Assembly: GCA_036785375.1 (NCBI GenBank)
Contig: JAWMAR010000098.1
Span: 4,154,001-4,218,000, forward strand
DNA from: Leucoraja ocellata
Lineage: Eukaryota
Reading direction: 5' to 3'
DNA length: 64,000 bases
The position numbers and the translations under genes are program-made. Positions 1 to 12,671 of the stretch are shown here, in pieces (the first letter of the stretch is position 1; every line of letters starts with the position of its first letter). The notes beneath the pieces were generated by a model, which saw only the letters and a program-made list of their open reading frames with translations, was not told the DNA's origin and ran no database searches.

Positions 1-33
1 ACACATGTTCTCCATCTCGATCTACATACCAGC

Positions 34-141
34 TTCCCTAATGACCTTAATTTTGCTCCTTTACTGTGAATGTTTGCTTGGATTTGACTGGTAAATGCCA
101 ACGTTTCTGAATGTTGAATCAGCATTCAGACCCTGTATCGA
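34..141 (+). repeat. 108-bp direct duplication, copy 1 (copy 2 at 1211-1318)
   Basis: ttccctaatgacc...ccctgtatcga occurs twice with one mismatch (agcattcag vs agctttcag). Confidence 0.95.
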
Positions 142-360
142 CCAAAACCTGGTTTGGGATCTGCAAATCATTGATTGCCCATCTCTGGGGAAAAGGGAGG
201 CAACGGTGGAGAAACAGGGCGAGGGTTCCTTTCAAAAAAATTGTTTTATTATTTTTATTATTTTTTTTATCATTTCAATTGTTTCAATTCGATTATTATG
301 AAATTTTATTTGAAACAACTTACTTCGCGTTTAATAGTGCTTGAAAGTTTCTGCATTCAG

Positions 361-748
361 TGCTTTATGAAGAGGTTGGGCAGGTGTGGACTTTATTCCT
401 TGCAGTGCAGGAGGGTGAGGGGTGATCATATGGAGATGTATAAAGTTATAAGGAAATAAATAAGATGAATGGACAGTCTTTTTCCCAGTGGAGGGGGTGT
501 CAAGAATCAGAGGACGGAGGTTTAAGGTGAAAGGGGGAATATTTAATAGGAATCTGAGAGGCAACATTATTACTCATGGATGAATGGAAGGAGCTGCCGC
601 ATGAGGTAGTTGAGGCGGGTACTGTAACAGCATTTAAAGAACACTTGGACAGGTACTTGGATAGGAAAGGTTTTGAGGGACGTGGGCAAATGTGGCATGT
701 GGACCCGAGATAGGACTTGTGGGTCGGCAAGGATGAATTGGGCCAAAG
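361..748 (+). mobile_element. Degraded CR1/HER1-type LINE 3' fragment
   Basis: Translates to RLGRCGLYSLQCRRVRGDHMEMYKVIR, matching the CR1 ORF2 C-terminal motif L(Y/F)SLExRRxRGDLIExYKI; CR1-type 3' UTR follows. Confidence 0.9.
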
Positions 749-1210
749 ACAACAAGAATGGTATTTTCTAGTGTGTTTGTGATTCATGCTGCCATGTGGG
801 TTTTTCAGTGATGTAAATACCAGCTACCTTCACCGCACCTCAAGACATCACCGCACTGATGGATTCTCCAGTACACCATTACACTGATAGTTGCGCAGGC
901 CACACTCATGGAGCTTGCGGCAATTTACATCAGCAGAATAGGTCCTCTGCATCTTAACTACTTAGTAAGTACAGGTGATGGTGGACAGAAATTGCAAGTA
1001 GCAGATTATACCAAGAAGACTTTAGTCAATCTCAAACTTTGTTCAAATGTTTGTATAACTATAAAGAGGAGACAGAATATCATTGACAAGCCTTTATCCA
1101 AAATACGCACATAAGGAAGGGGTGTTATATATAAAATATGTAAAATGCCTTTCCCATCATCGCCTGAATGATTGACAGGAAATAATAATAATAATAATAA
1201 TGTTATTATG

Positions 1211-1318
1211 TTCCCTAATGACCTTAATTTTGCTCCTTTACTGTGAATGTTTGCTTGGATTTGACTGGTAAATGCCAACGTTTCTGAATGTTGAATCAGC
1301 TTTCAGACCCTGTATCGA
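1211..1318 (+). repeat. 108-bp direct duplication, copy 2, preceded by an (AAT)n microsatellite at about 1179-1201
   Basis: Near-identical to 34-141. Confidence 0.95.
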
Positions 1319-1330
1319 AATATCATAACT

Positions 1331-2085
1331 ATGTCAATATTTGAAGTAGGATGGCATCACTCCCTGAGCAGACTAGACAAAGTTGTCCCAAGAGTGACAA
1401 ACCTCCCATTATTGGAGACGCAACCACTATTCCTTCTCACTTCCAAACCTCTAACCAGGTCCCAATGTCCCCAGTTACAGTATACACCCAAAATCAATTC
1501 TCTCTCGCTCCTGAATGCTGATCTTACTCCAGACCAACTGATCAACTTCAAAACCCAGTCATAATCATTCCCCCCATGAACCCAAAACCTTATCCTCATC
1601 CGCTAATCTTCCCAACAACTAATCGTGCCTTGGACCCTCCTATCGCACTCCTGACTTTCCAATCATGTATCTGACCTCCAATCGGTTTCCCAAAAGAGAA
1701 TCCTGCTCCAAACCTCCAAACACTCTACCAATGGTCCAAACATGTTCTCAATACTTCAGTCTTGCACCTGATCACGCATGAAATTCCCAAACCCTGATTT
1801 CGAAGTCCATGATGTTGAAGGCACTGTTGTCCACTCTACACCATAGCTCCTACACAAATCCAAGAGGCACCTGAACCATCAGGTTCATATGGCCATTGAT
1901 ACCTCCTTCTCTGACCTGGCCTCTATCCCAGGAGGAACAGTTTCACCAAGTGAAATACACAAAGCTCTTTTAACCACACCAGCTGCCTTGGACTGGAGAT
2001 CTGCAGAAACTTTCAGCAGAAAGACCACAGCCAAAAAAGCTGCTAATGCACTACTCCGCCACCATCTAAAGCAACCCAGAATTTC
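1331..2085 (+). pseudogene. Fossil reading frame, possibly the 3' part of an L1/Tx1-type ORF2
   Basis: ORFs starting at 1331 and 1889 are in the same frame (558 nt apart), separated by a few stops; C/A-rich strand bias unlike the flanks; PWTLLSHS*LSNHVSDLQ loosely resembles the pre-zinc-finger region of Tx1 ORF2. Confidence 0.35.
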
Positions 2086-3227
2086 TTGGCTATTTTTAAA
2101 GGGAAGTTTATTTCTTTTATGGTAAGTTAAGAGGATAAGCGCGCTGTTCTTTGTTATTAAGCCTAGAATGACTCCGTTTTAACTGATAGAATAAAAAACA
2201 CCTCCTAGCTGGGAAGTAGTCTTTTTCTTACCAATAAAATTCTATGCCAGTAATAAATGTTAACCAGGCAGAATTTATATTTTAATTCATTAATTTTGAG
2301 ACGCTGCACATGGTCTTCAAAATACTCTTGTCAACTATTAAGTAATCCCATCTGTTCATAGGATCTTTGGGGATAATGGCATACAGGTAGTGAAAGTGTC
2401 TGAAAGAGTCAAAGCATCAACAGAAATGGACCAAAAGTTCAAGATTAAACAAAACAAAATGGAAGATTGTGGTAAATAAATATTTACGGTTAAATCTGAA
2501 CTAGTCTGTTTTATTATTACCAATCGTTATTTAGTTGTACAAAATTGATGCATCTTTTGAAGATTTTTTTAATAATGATTATACCTAATTTTTCCGAACA
2601 CTAAAATAGTCAGAAAAATGGCAAATAAAAACAGAACCAAAAAAGTGAATAAATAATTCCCGATTCCAGAGAATATTATTATTTACTCCCAAAATCATGA
2701 AAACCCTTCAAGATATACTGAACATTAAAAGGGAATTTAGGTTAAATTATTTTTCGACTCCCTCAAGGGAAGAGTTAAAACAATTAGTTCCATGACTGAG
2801 CAGATTTTGTTTTTTAATTAAGCAAATGTTCTTTCGGAAAATGGGTTAATTACGGGACTGGCTCATGTACCAGAGTACAGCACAGCAAAGCGGTAGGTTG
2901 AGGATTTGCAACTATGATTCCTTCCTCAGCCAGCTTCCGAGGTCGGGAATGATGGTGAGATGTGGCGAGATTTTTAAAAATATGAAGGAAAAAGTGCAAC
3001 AAACCAAACTGCTTTGTGTGGCTTTGAGTCATTAATCTTGGGATGATATTCATAAGGATTCAGTAGAAGGGAATGCCACAGCACAGATCTAAATAACCAC
3101 ATTTATTTCTTAGCACAGAAAACACATTTAAAACACACTCTGGTCATTGCATCATATTAATGCATGAAAATGTTTAGTGTGTCTGTTGCATTGTTAATTT
3201 TTTTTGAAATGTTTTTGTTCACTTAAT

Positions 3228-3553
3228 GGGCATGGATTTATTGGCCATGCTTATTTATCTGTGCATTAAGTGGATGCTGGGGCTTTTCAATGGACAGAGA
3301 GCCAACCACACTGAAGCGATGTATTCAGCCAGTGAAGTCAGACACACCCGGACTGGTATCATTGAACCAGATGTTTTTTTTAAGTGACAATCCAATATAT
3401 TTTCATGGTCACTGAAACTAGCTGTTTTAATTCCAAATTTATTTAATTACTTGGATTTAAATTCCCCAGATGCTTTGTTCGGTTTTAAGCTCATGTCAGT
3501 CAATCAATAGTCAAGGCCTGGATAATTGCTCACAACTTAACCATCTTACTACC
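3228..3553 (-). mobile_element. Old, diverged chondrichthyan SINE-like repeat (same family at about 58290-58575)
   Basis: Shared block gacaatccaat..atggtcact..ctagctgtttta.ttcca; resembles an abundant ancient shark SINE (recalled from memory). Confidence 0.6.
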
Positions 3554-4629
3554 TCACTCCCATGCCAATTTTTGTGCAAAACCACGATTCACTACAGCCC
3601 GGAACAGTAGTTTTTATTATTTCTGCTGCTAAGTAGTCATAAAAAGTGATTAATTAGTGTACAAATTAATCATACAATCACTTGAAACTGCGACAAAGTG
3701 CTTTCTATAACTGAACATGGCATGTGAGGTACCTTCTGTCTAACTTGCTAATTCATGACTGGGATTTAGCTAACAGCGAGTTGACAGAACTGCACATCAA
3801 CCTCAGCTAAATATTTGTATTTAACTCCAGAGTCTCTTCCAGCTTGGATTTAGAGAGTGTGCTGGGACATTTTCCCACTGCGACACCTTCCATGCTGATT
3901 TGATCACTCCTACAGATGTATAAAATCCATCTCTGAACTGGCCAGAGCTATTCCCTGCCCATAAAATGAGAAGAAAGAAACTAAATGAAGTCTAAGTCAT
4001 GCTCCCCGGCTGGACAAGAAATGCCAAATAGTTTAATCTCGCTAAAACACTGCAAACTCTTTTCCCAAGGCATTCATAAACATTCAGAAACTTTCAAATT
4101 CTTTTAAAACTAGAAAAGCAAGAAAATATATATATTTTAATTAATACTTTTAAAACCAACCAAGGTATCTAAAACAGCAAGACATTGTAGATTTTTTATA
4201 TATAAAAGGTTGGAAAGATGTTATAAAGATATTTTTTAATTACCAGCCATAGAAAGATTTTTTGTAAATCATTCTAATTACATGAATTACTCACATCCGT
4301 TCCCTTCCTATAAAATCATCTGGGACACACTGCTTCTCCCTCCGAAAATATGGTACAGGATCTTGGGGCAAGTTCTCTCCAAAGATGTGGGCCATTAGCC
4401 CAAATTCTCACTCAATTGGTGAACTCAAGTGTTGAGTCCAGAGTTGGAACACAGCCAGTGATGAACTGCTGACAGCAGTGTCTGCATTTCCACATCGGAG
4501 CAGGCATGCACGGAAATCCCAAAGTCACAGTCAATTTTGCAGCACAATGACAATTAACACCACTAACGTTTCCATCATTATTACCCAGAGAAATATGGGC
4601 CAATTCCGACTCAAATGGTATAAATGTGC

Positions 4630-4743
4630 ATGGACAGGAACGTGGATAGTAAAGGTTTAGAAGAATATGGGTCAAATGTGGGCAAATGAAACTAGCATGG
4701 ACAAGTTGGGCTGAAGGGCCTGTTTCCGTGGTGTACGCCTCTG
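4630..4743 (+). mobile_element. Short CR1 3' tail
   Basis: ggatagtaaaggtttag...gttgggctgaagggcctgtttcc, same tail type as the copy at 56945-57482. Confidence 0.8.
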
Positions 4744-4813
4744 GCTCAATGAAGAGTTGAGTGCTACTGATACTTAGTCATCAATATTCACCGAAAGATA
4801 TTAGATTTATATA

Positions 4814-5366
4814 TGCGTACAGTTTTGGTCTCCTAATCTGAGGAAGGACATTTTTGCCATAGAGGGAGTACAGAGAAGGTTCACCAGACTGATTCCTGGG
4901 ATGTCAGGACTTTCATATGAAGAAAGACTGGATAGACTCGGCTTGTACTCACTAGAATTTAGAAGATTGAGGGGGGATCTTATAGAAACTTACAAAATTC
5001 TTAAGGGGTTGAACAGGCTAAATGCAAGAAGATTGTTCCCGATGTTGGGGAAGTCCAGAACAAGGGGTCACAGTTTAAGGATAAAGGGGAAATCTTTTAG
5101 GACTGAGATGAGAAAAACATTTTTTACACAGAGAGTGGTGAATCTCTGGAATTCTCTGCCACAGAATGTAGTTGAGGCCAGTTCATTGGCTATATTTAAG
5201 AGGGAGTTAGATGTGGCCCTCGTGGCTAAAGGGATCAGGGGGTATTGAGAGAAAGCAGGTACAGGACACTGAGTTGGATGATCAGCCATGATCATATTGA
5301 ATGGCGGTGCAGGCTAGAAGGGCCGAATGGCCTACTCCTGCACCTATTTTCTATGTTTCTATGTTT
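4814..5366 (+). mobile_element. Young 5'-truncated CR1/HER1-type LINE
   Basis: ORF 4901-5248 (SYEERLDRLGLYSLEFRRLRGDLIETYKI...FFTQRVVNLWNSLP); 3' UTR ends in (TTTCTATG)n. Confidence 0.97.
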
Positions 5367-5613
5367 CCTGTTCCGCTGGAAGTAGTGTGGATAGGTGGAG
5401 GAGGTTGGAGATGTGGCTAAAGGTTGGTGGGGGGTGGCAGGCCCATGAGACAACATTCAGGAGATGTTTTGCAGCATGCATTTTGGAGTCACTTTGATTC
5501 TATCATGTCCTTGATTTATTTCTAGACTCCGCTACCTGACCACATGATGACATGCACAGCTCAAATTTGCATTGCAAGCATGACATCTGATGAATTCTAG
5601 CGTGTGGGCTCCA

Positions 5614-5878
5614 GGAACTGCAGATGCTAGTTTAAATAAAAAAACACAAAATGTTGCAGTAATTCAGCAGGTCAGGCAGCATTCCTGGAGGACAGAGATA
5701 GGTGACGTTTCGTTTCAGAAACCATCTTCAGACTGATTGTAGTAGTGGGAGAAAGCTGTAAAAGAGAGGTTGGGGTGGGTCAACACACAACACTGCAGTA
5801 ACTCAGCGGGAAAGGCAGTATGTCAGGAGAGTAGTAACATTTCTGTTTGAGACCCTTCTTCAGTTCTCCAGATTCCAG
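5614..5878 (-). mobile_element. Penelope-terminus-like repeat, two partial units, with hammerhead-like motif
   Basis: acacaaaatg..agtaa.tcagc..g.caggcagcat...ggtgacgtttcg...cttcagac unit that recurs through the window. Confidence 0.7.
5700..5733 (-). ncRNA. Minimal type-I hammerhead ribozyme-like motif (best-preserved core in the window)
   Basis: Minus strand reads GT-CTGAAGA-TG-GTTT-CTG-AAAC-GAAA-CG-TC-AC: CUGANGA, stem II, GAAA, palindromic mini stem III and a GUC site. Confidence 0.6.
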
Positions 5879-5984
5879 ACATTCAGCCTCATCTTTACAC
5901 AATGCCATGTCTTGACCTCAGTTATCTTCAGCAAACATTCTTCGTCCATTCACCCCTTCAACAAATGTGCCACTATTCTACCAC

Positions 5985-6102
5985 GGGGAGATCGCAGGAG
6001 AATGGGGCTAGGAAGGAGAGATAGATCTGCCATGATTGAATGGCGGAGTAGACTTGATGGGCCAAATGGCCTAATTCTACTCCTATCACATGACCTTATG
6101 AC
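5985..6102 (+). mobile_element. CR1 3' tail
   Basis: gccatgattgaatggcggagtagacttgatgggccaaatggcctaattct, same subfamily as 30428-30862 and 62822-63180. Confidence 0.85.
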
Positions 6103-6621
6103 TATTCCAACCCATCTCCCTGTCCTTCTATGTTTATCCATCTGTCCTGCCACCACACTCCTTCCAAATAACAAACCATTTGCCCCAGGGTTGAAGCTCC
6201 CTCCTGCCAAGCAGCTTCAAATTCTCAAATGTGGTCGTTAGAAAAGGCCGCATCGTGTAGAGGTCTAGAAAGAACTAATTTCCTGTTGATTATTGATAAG
6301 TCCACTGTGAATTGTTATTGCAGAATAATAATTGCCATCTATCATTGTGCAAAGATTTATTTAACCAGCTGAGCACAACATATTAACTGTGACTCAAACA
6401 TTTAAAATTCTCCATGTGTAATGTTCACTGTGAGAACACATCTGCATTTAAATAGTCCATTAGCGCTTTTGCAAGTAGTTTACAGATTTCCCACACTAGA
6501 TTCTACTCTATCCAGCTATATTCTCCATATACAACACCATGACCTTCTCCAGGCCCTGATTCTGGCCCAGATTCCAGGCTCAGACTTTACAGCGCATTGT
6601 TATCCAACAGCCATGACTTGA

Positions 6622-6930
6622 TAGACACAAAATGCCGGAGTAACTCAATGGGTCAGGCAGCATCTCTGGAGAAAATGGATATGTGATGCTTCGGGTCGGG
6701 TCGCTTCTTCAGACTGTTTGTAGAATTTAGAGTTGGGGGAAAAATAGTGGAAGTGAAGAAAGAAAAATAAGGACAAATTAAAGCCGGCAATAGATGACCT
6801 CAGGCAAGGAGGTTCCCTGATAGGCTATTTGTTGGCTGGTGATGATGTGAGACCAAGAGAAATATATAGATGTGAACTGTGGAACCAATTAACAAACTTT
6901 TACTGGACAAGGGGGGGGGGGAACGAGGGG
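6622..6930 (-). mobile_element. Penelope-terminus-like repeat with purine-rich extension, running into the gap
   Basis: agacacaaaatgccggagtaactc...cttcttcagact unit with a degenerate hammerhead core. Confidence 0.7.
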
Positions 6931-7195
6931 NNNNNNNNNNNNNNNNNNNNNNNNNNNNNNNNNNNNNNNNNNNNNNNNNNNNNNNNNNNNNNNNNNNNNN
7001 NNNNNNNNNNNNNNNNNNNNNNNNNNNNNNNNNNNNNNNNNNNNNNNNNNNNNNNNNNNNNNNNNNNNNNNNNNNNNNNNNNNNNNNNNNNNNNNNNNNN
7101 NNNNNNNNNNNNNNNNNNNNNNNNNNNNNNNNNNNNNNNNNNNNNNNNNNNNNNNNNNNNNNNNNNNNNNNNNNNNNNNNNNNNNNNNNNNNNNN
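6931..7195. other. Assembly gap
   Basis: Run of N flanked by G-runs. Confidence 1.
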
Positions 7196-7263
7196 GGGGG
7201 GGAGAGGTGGGATAGGGCGGCGAGTGGGAGAGGGGGAAGGGATGTGTATTGCGGAAGTTACAG

Positions 7264-7548
7264 TTACAGCGCTTTCATCTCCCGAGACCCGAGTTCAATC
7301 CCGACTACAGGTGCTGTCTGTACAGAGTTCGCACGTTCTCCCCGTGACCACATGGGTTTACTCCAAGATCTTTGGTTTCCACCCACACTCCAAAGACGTA
7401 CAGATATGTAGGTTAATTGGCTTGGTGTATGTGTAATTGTCCCTAGTGTGTGCAGGATGGTGTTAATGTGTGTGGGGATTGATGGTCGGTGCGGACTTGG
7501 TGGGCCGAAGGGCCTGTTTCCGCGCTGTTTCACTAAACTAAACCTAAA
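7264..7548 (+). mobile_element. HE1/V-SINE-type tRNA-derived SINE lacking its 5' end
   Basis: B-box gagttcaatcc, V-domain-like core tgggttt.ctcc..ggtttcc.cccacactccaaagac, CR1-like tail and (TAAAC)n. Confidence 0.93.
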
Positions 7549-9901
7549 ATTGAATAATCCAATAATCCATGATTTGTAGTTGAAGTTTCTAGACACACCA
7601 TAGATGAAGGGAAACAATAGCTGCTCACAATGTGCAATTTACATGTGGTCAGGTATCCCATCAACTTCAATTGGAAAATACTGTGGATAGGAAGAGCACC
7701 ATGATGCACAGATTGCACCTTTGTAAAAGTACACAATAAACACTACCACCTTCTGACAAAGAAGGTACCACAGCTGGATAAATATTCGCATTCTGTCACA
7801 TATACTTCTCATTTCAGGTTGTTGAACCTCATCAACCTGAAATTTAACTTCACTTCTCCACAGCGCTTCTCTATTTCTTTAAATGTCTCCTCATCTGCTG
7901 AGTACTCAGCATTTTCGTTTTTTAATCTCGGTTTAAGCCTTTTCAGAGAGAAATGAGTTGTTAAATTTGTTTTTAAAAAAAGAGCAGGAGCAGTCGGCAA
8001 TTGGTTTCACACCTGGCACTATTGTGAAAGAAAGCCAGTGTGTAAAATAAGCTGCCAATTTATGTTTTTAGCTCCTGGCATTAAAGGTTAAAATTGTCTC
8101 TGTTTTCTCTTGCTTTATGTCATTTCTTTCTCATCGGTTTATTCGTGCCTGAGTTATTATTTTATACCTTCATTCATCAGTTTTCTATCACACATTTTGC
8201 CATTTAAAATTAATGTTTGCTCTAAGTCCTAATCTTCACGCACACACTTGCTGTCATCCAAGGGAGATAATGGCCAGCCAATGATCTCAGAGCCTCGTGG
8301 CAATGCTGCTGCTGCCGGGATGGTCACTAGAAGCCGTGTGAAAGAAGTTATCAATTTTATTTTATTACGAGAAACTGGCCCCTGCATTGTCTGTGGCTAT
8401 TTGAACTTCTGCAACAAACTAAAATGTACTGACAATATTATCCATCAGAGCAAGAAATGCATAACATAATATGTTGCACGTTTCCTGTATGCATTGCAAA
8501 ATTTCGAAACATTTTATTCCAACCATCAGCTAGTCAAAAATTCATTTGTTTCCCCTCCTTTCATTATTGACCAAGTCATTCCTCAATGTATGTACCCCAC
8601 TGTAATTTTCTTTCAAAGCCTCAACCTCTGTTTAGACTATGATGGAAGAACAGGAGGCAGCAACAATTGAGAGGGGGTGAAAGTTGCATTCGATTTAGAT
8701 CCATTTCCTATTTTAAATTGCAACATTTCTTCTCACACAATAGAAAAAAATCAGTATTTCCAACCAGACCACCAAGTCTATGATGTTTCCTGCAAGTAAT
8801 TTCTTGGGAGAGTCAGCAGACTTTGATACTGTGCCACAGGAGCTGGAAACTTAAACCTTGTCCTTTGATCAAATGAGGGGTAACATATCCATTTCCATTG
8901 CAATCATGAAGTAAATCAGAAGCTAAAGAGTGCTCGAACATATCGCGATTAACACTTCAGGGTTCAGATGACAGTTATAACCACTTGTGCTTTGCAGATT
9001 CAATTGACAATTCACTTACTCATGTCAAAATATTATGCTTTCCTTCCATATTTCAAGGAATTAAGAAAAATAGGGCTGCCAATAAAATTTCTAATCTGTT
9101 AGTGCGTTTGCATATTATAAACTTGGCAGTTACACATTAACCTATGAAATCACTTCTCAGTCAGATTAAATTCTGACTTGAGGGTGTAACAGATATTTAT
9201 TGTGTGAAAAGTATGTTCAATCTAGTCCTGGGCGAGATGTAACTTTTGATTTGATTGTTGAAAGGTATTTTAATTTGCGATCTGGAGTTTAAAATAAAAT
9301 GAATAATGTATCTAATGAACTAGAACACTGGTTAAGCATTTGCTATTCTCAAGGTTAATTAGAATAATTCTTCTGAGCAGTTTAGTTGGTGAGTTGATGA
9401 TAAAGGCTTTGTTCCCTTATTTAATATTTCTGATTAATTTTAATAAACTTATCAGCTTCTTTATCCATCTCACAGCTAAGATTCGGAATCACTAACGCTT
9501 CCTCACCACTGCTACTTTTAAATGATCTGAAGTATCCAAGATCATATGGCCCAAATTGAATGGTAGAATCCAATTACTATCCTCTTCCACTGGATGGTCT
9601 TGTGTCATTATCATATCTTTAGGAATAATTGCACATAAATGTACAACTTCCTTGCGATTACATTGCATATAGTAATTAGAAGGATGAATTTAATTTCAAG
9701 TTACTAGATATCACAATTTTAATGTTCAACTGATATTTTGGGCTGGAAGATTTCCATTGACAAATTTGCTCCACATATTTTGAAGGTTTTCCATTGTCAT
9801 TTTTCCCAAAATAAAATGTCTTCAAATGGCATCAACACTAGTGCAGCATGTCTGCAGTGAGATTTGCAGCCTACATGGTCTGAAAAATGCCAGTTCCTAT
9901 T

Positions 9902-10013
9902 AGGGTCTCGACCTGAAACTTCACCCATTCTTTCTCTCCAGAGATGCTGCCTGTCCCACTGAGTTACTCCAGCATTTTGTGTTGTATGCAAGATTCCAGC
10001 ACCTGCAGTTCCT
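9902..10013 (+). mobile_element. Penelope-terminus-like repeat, partial
   Basis: agggtctcgacctgaaacttcacccattc...gagttactccagcattttgtgt; lacks the CTGAAGA segment. Confidence 0.75.
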
Positions 10014-10825
10014 TTTATCTACTCAATAACTAGGCATTACCAAACACATTTTGCCAGAAATTGCACAATTTAAAGAGGCAACACTCAAGCCGCCTTCTGA
10101 CCTCCTAACCAACATCACATGTGTCATTACTACCTAGAATATGGACATCAGGATCACTATCAGCTTTCCGGGTGTAGGATTATTCCAGGTTGCCACACCA
10201 TAAGTTGTTGCACACTGCTACATTAGGGAAGTTAGACAAACTGCATACTTAAGGAGTGGAGATTTCATCTACTTTGCCTGCAGCCCAGGGGCATAGTTAG
10301 ATAGCCAGGTATTTTCTTGCATTTCAGGTTTCTTGAAAGTACATGCATTTGAGATTGTACTCATATCCATAGGGAAACTTCCTCAGCAACCAGGAGTGTA
10401 ACCGCATCAACCAAGTGCATGCCTACTGTAGACATTAATCTTTACTACTTCTCAAGGACTCCTTGACCCGCCCATCCTTCATCACTTCCCTAACTGCAGC
10501 ATTTATTTATTATGTTGCAACATTCCTCAGTAGTTGGAAGAGTGTTGCTTGTAGAGTGGTCTCCCCCTTCAAAACCTGAACACATAAAATCATACATGCT
10601 GTACTCCATGTTGAGACAGTAAGAATTTGCAGAACATCAGCTGAGATGGCCACACTGAAACTAAAAATGTGATTATCAACATAACATTGGCATCACAGAG
10701 AAAAGTCAACAAAGCTTCTCTGTCATCCTCAGAACTGCAATTCTCACATTCTGTGTGCTTTTTACAACCAGGATTGAGATGGTCCACAATTCTGTACAGG
10801 CAACAATTGAACATCATAGAAGATA

Positions 10826-10916
10826 TACACAAAATGCTGGAGTAACTCAGCGAGATAGGCAGCATCTCTGGAGGGAAGGAATGGGTGAGGTTTCGGGTCA
10901 AGACCCTTCTTCAGAC
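10826..10916 (-). mobile_element. Penelope-terminus-like repeat with hammerhead-like motif
   Basis: Minus strand 10916-10883: GT-CTGAAGA-A-GGGTC-TT-GACCC-GAAA-CC-TC-ACCC. Confidence 0.8.
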
Positions 10917-12332
10917 CACGCGAAGGTTGCAATCTCCCAACCCAGTTGTTAATAAAGGCTTTTTTTTTTCCCCCAAGTGTTCTCCAAGCACTGAGATTAA
11001 TTGGTAACCAAAATAATCCACCCAAAATAAACAGCTGGCTGCCAAGGCGAAAGAAATGTTCACCAAATGCACAGATCAGTATGGTGTTTGTCTTCATATC
11101 AAATATGCCTAAGTTCCCTTCATATTATACTATTTATAATATTCCATTTTAGTCATAAACAAAATTGCAAATTTCATGAAAAATAATATTTCCAAATAGG
11201 AGATTTTCAATCAAAGCTCTTCTTTTATTCAACTGAATATTAGACAAATTACATTCAGATTTTCTTCTACAAGAACATGGCGAAAGGAAAATCTATTCAG
11301 TCAAGAAGATCTTTCTCAGAAAAGTGAGATAATTGCAATTATTAAATGTTTCTGCAGAGGTCACTGAAAATGAAATGGTTCAGGAACAATTCTTTCCAAT
11401 CTGAAAGACTTTCCTGGCTACAGGAACATGGGGCTTGTTTCTTGTTTTGAACTACATGGCTAACTGTGAGGATATCCTGCCGCTTCTGTGACAAACCCAT
11501 ATCTCTCCTCCTCTGCCTTTTCCTCCTCTCCTCCAATAAAGTCTTCCAGGGAAGTGATGTTAAGTCATGTAGAGTCCTCTCTCTCACCCATACAGCTCCA
11601 TCTTCGGGGGATCCCAGATCAGAATGAGTTCCAGAGCAACCAGCATTTACAAACATCACAATGCATGTCCCTGCTCTTGGCTCCAAGTAGCTTTAAGTGG
11701 TACCAGTCACTCGTGGTTTTGTTCGCTGTTGAGGCACTCAGCCAATGAATAGAGTGGTTAACACAGGCTCTACATAGCAATCACACAAATATGCTGGAAG
11801 GAAGAAGTTGCTGTCGGTATTAATGCAGCTGGCACAGGTTCATTGCACTCTGTGATCCCATTATCCATTCTCAAGAGCTAACCAATTTAAATCCTATGAT
11901 TCTGGCCATTGTTCCAATGGAAACTATTTGTAAAATGCAAATATAAGAACTTTTTTTTTGTCTTTAAGAATTTAACAGTAGTTTATCTGACTATTAAACT
12001 TGCCATATTTTAGAATGGGTATACTTCTCTTTTATCTTCAGCTCCTATACTAATTTCCATTGCCTTTGCATTCCTCCTACTTCTTACAATGGTACTAACA
12101 TGAAAATTATCGTAATTAGGAGGGAAAGGAATCTACAACTAATATGATGGCCTATAGGCTCCCTGAATGCCTATTTCATGTTTCATGTTATCTTGCTGTG
12201 CTTTATGACTGCTGCCAGATCAATTTCCCTCGTGGTATAAATGAAGTTCTATCGTATCGTATTGTATAGGATTCATCTACTAACGGTCTGATTGTTTGTA
12301 TATGGACACTAAATCTGAAGGTAAAAAAGTTC

Positions 12333-12618
12333 TTCTAAAACCGAGATGAGAAGAACTTTTTTCACACAGAGAGTGGTGAATCTCTGGAACTCTCTGCCGC
12401 AGAGGGTAGTTGAGGTCAGTTCATTGGCTATATTTAAGAGGGAGTTAGATGTGGCCCTTGTGGCTAAGGGGATTAGGGGTTATGGAGAGAAGGCAGGTAC
12501 GGGATACTGAGTTGGATGATCAGCCATGATCATATTGAATGGCGGTGCAGGCTCGAAGGGCCGAATGGCCTACTCCTGCACCTAATTTCTATGTTTCTAT
12601 GTTTCTATGTTTCTATGT
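12333..12618 (+). mobile_element. Young CR1 3' fragment
   Basis: Highly similar to 5100-5366; ends in about four TTTCTATG units. Confidence 0.95.
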
Positions 12619-12671
12619 AATTTAGATGCAGTTGTTTGCAAATATTTGCAAAAATTCCAAACTATTGCAAA

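Noticed and set aside
6829-7436. Long ORFs of 128-185 aa here and similar ones at 26159-26697
   Set aside because: They are artefacts of reading through N gaps.
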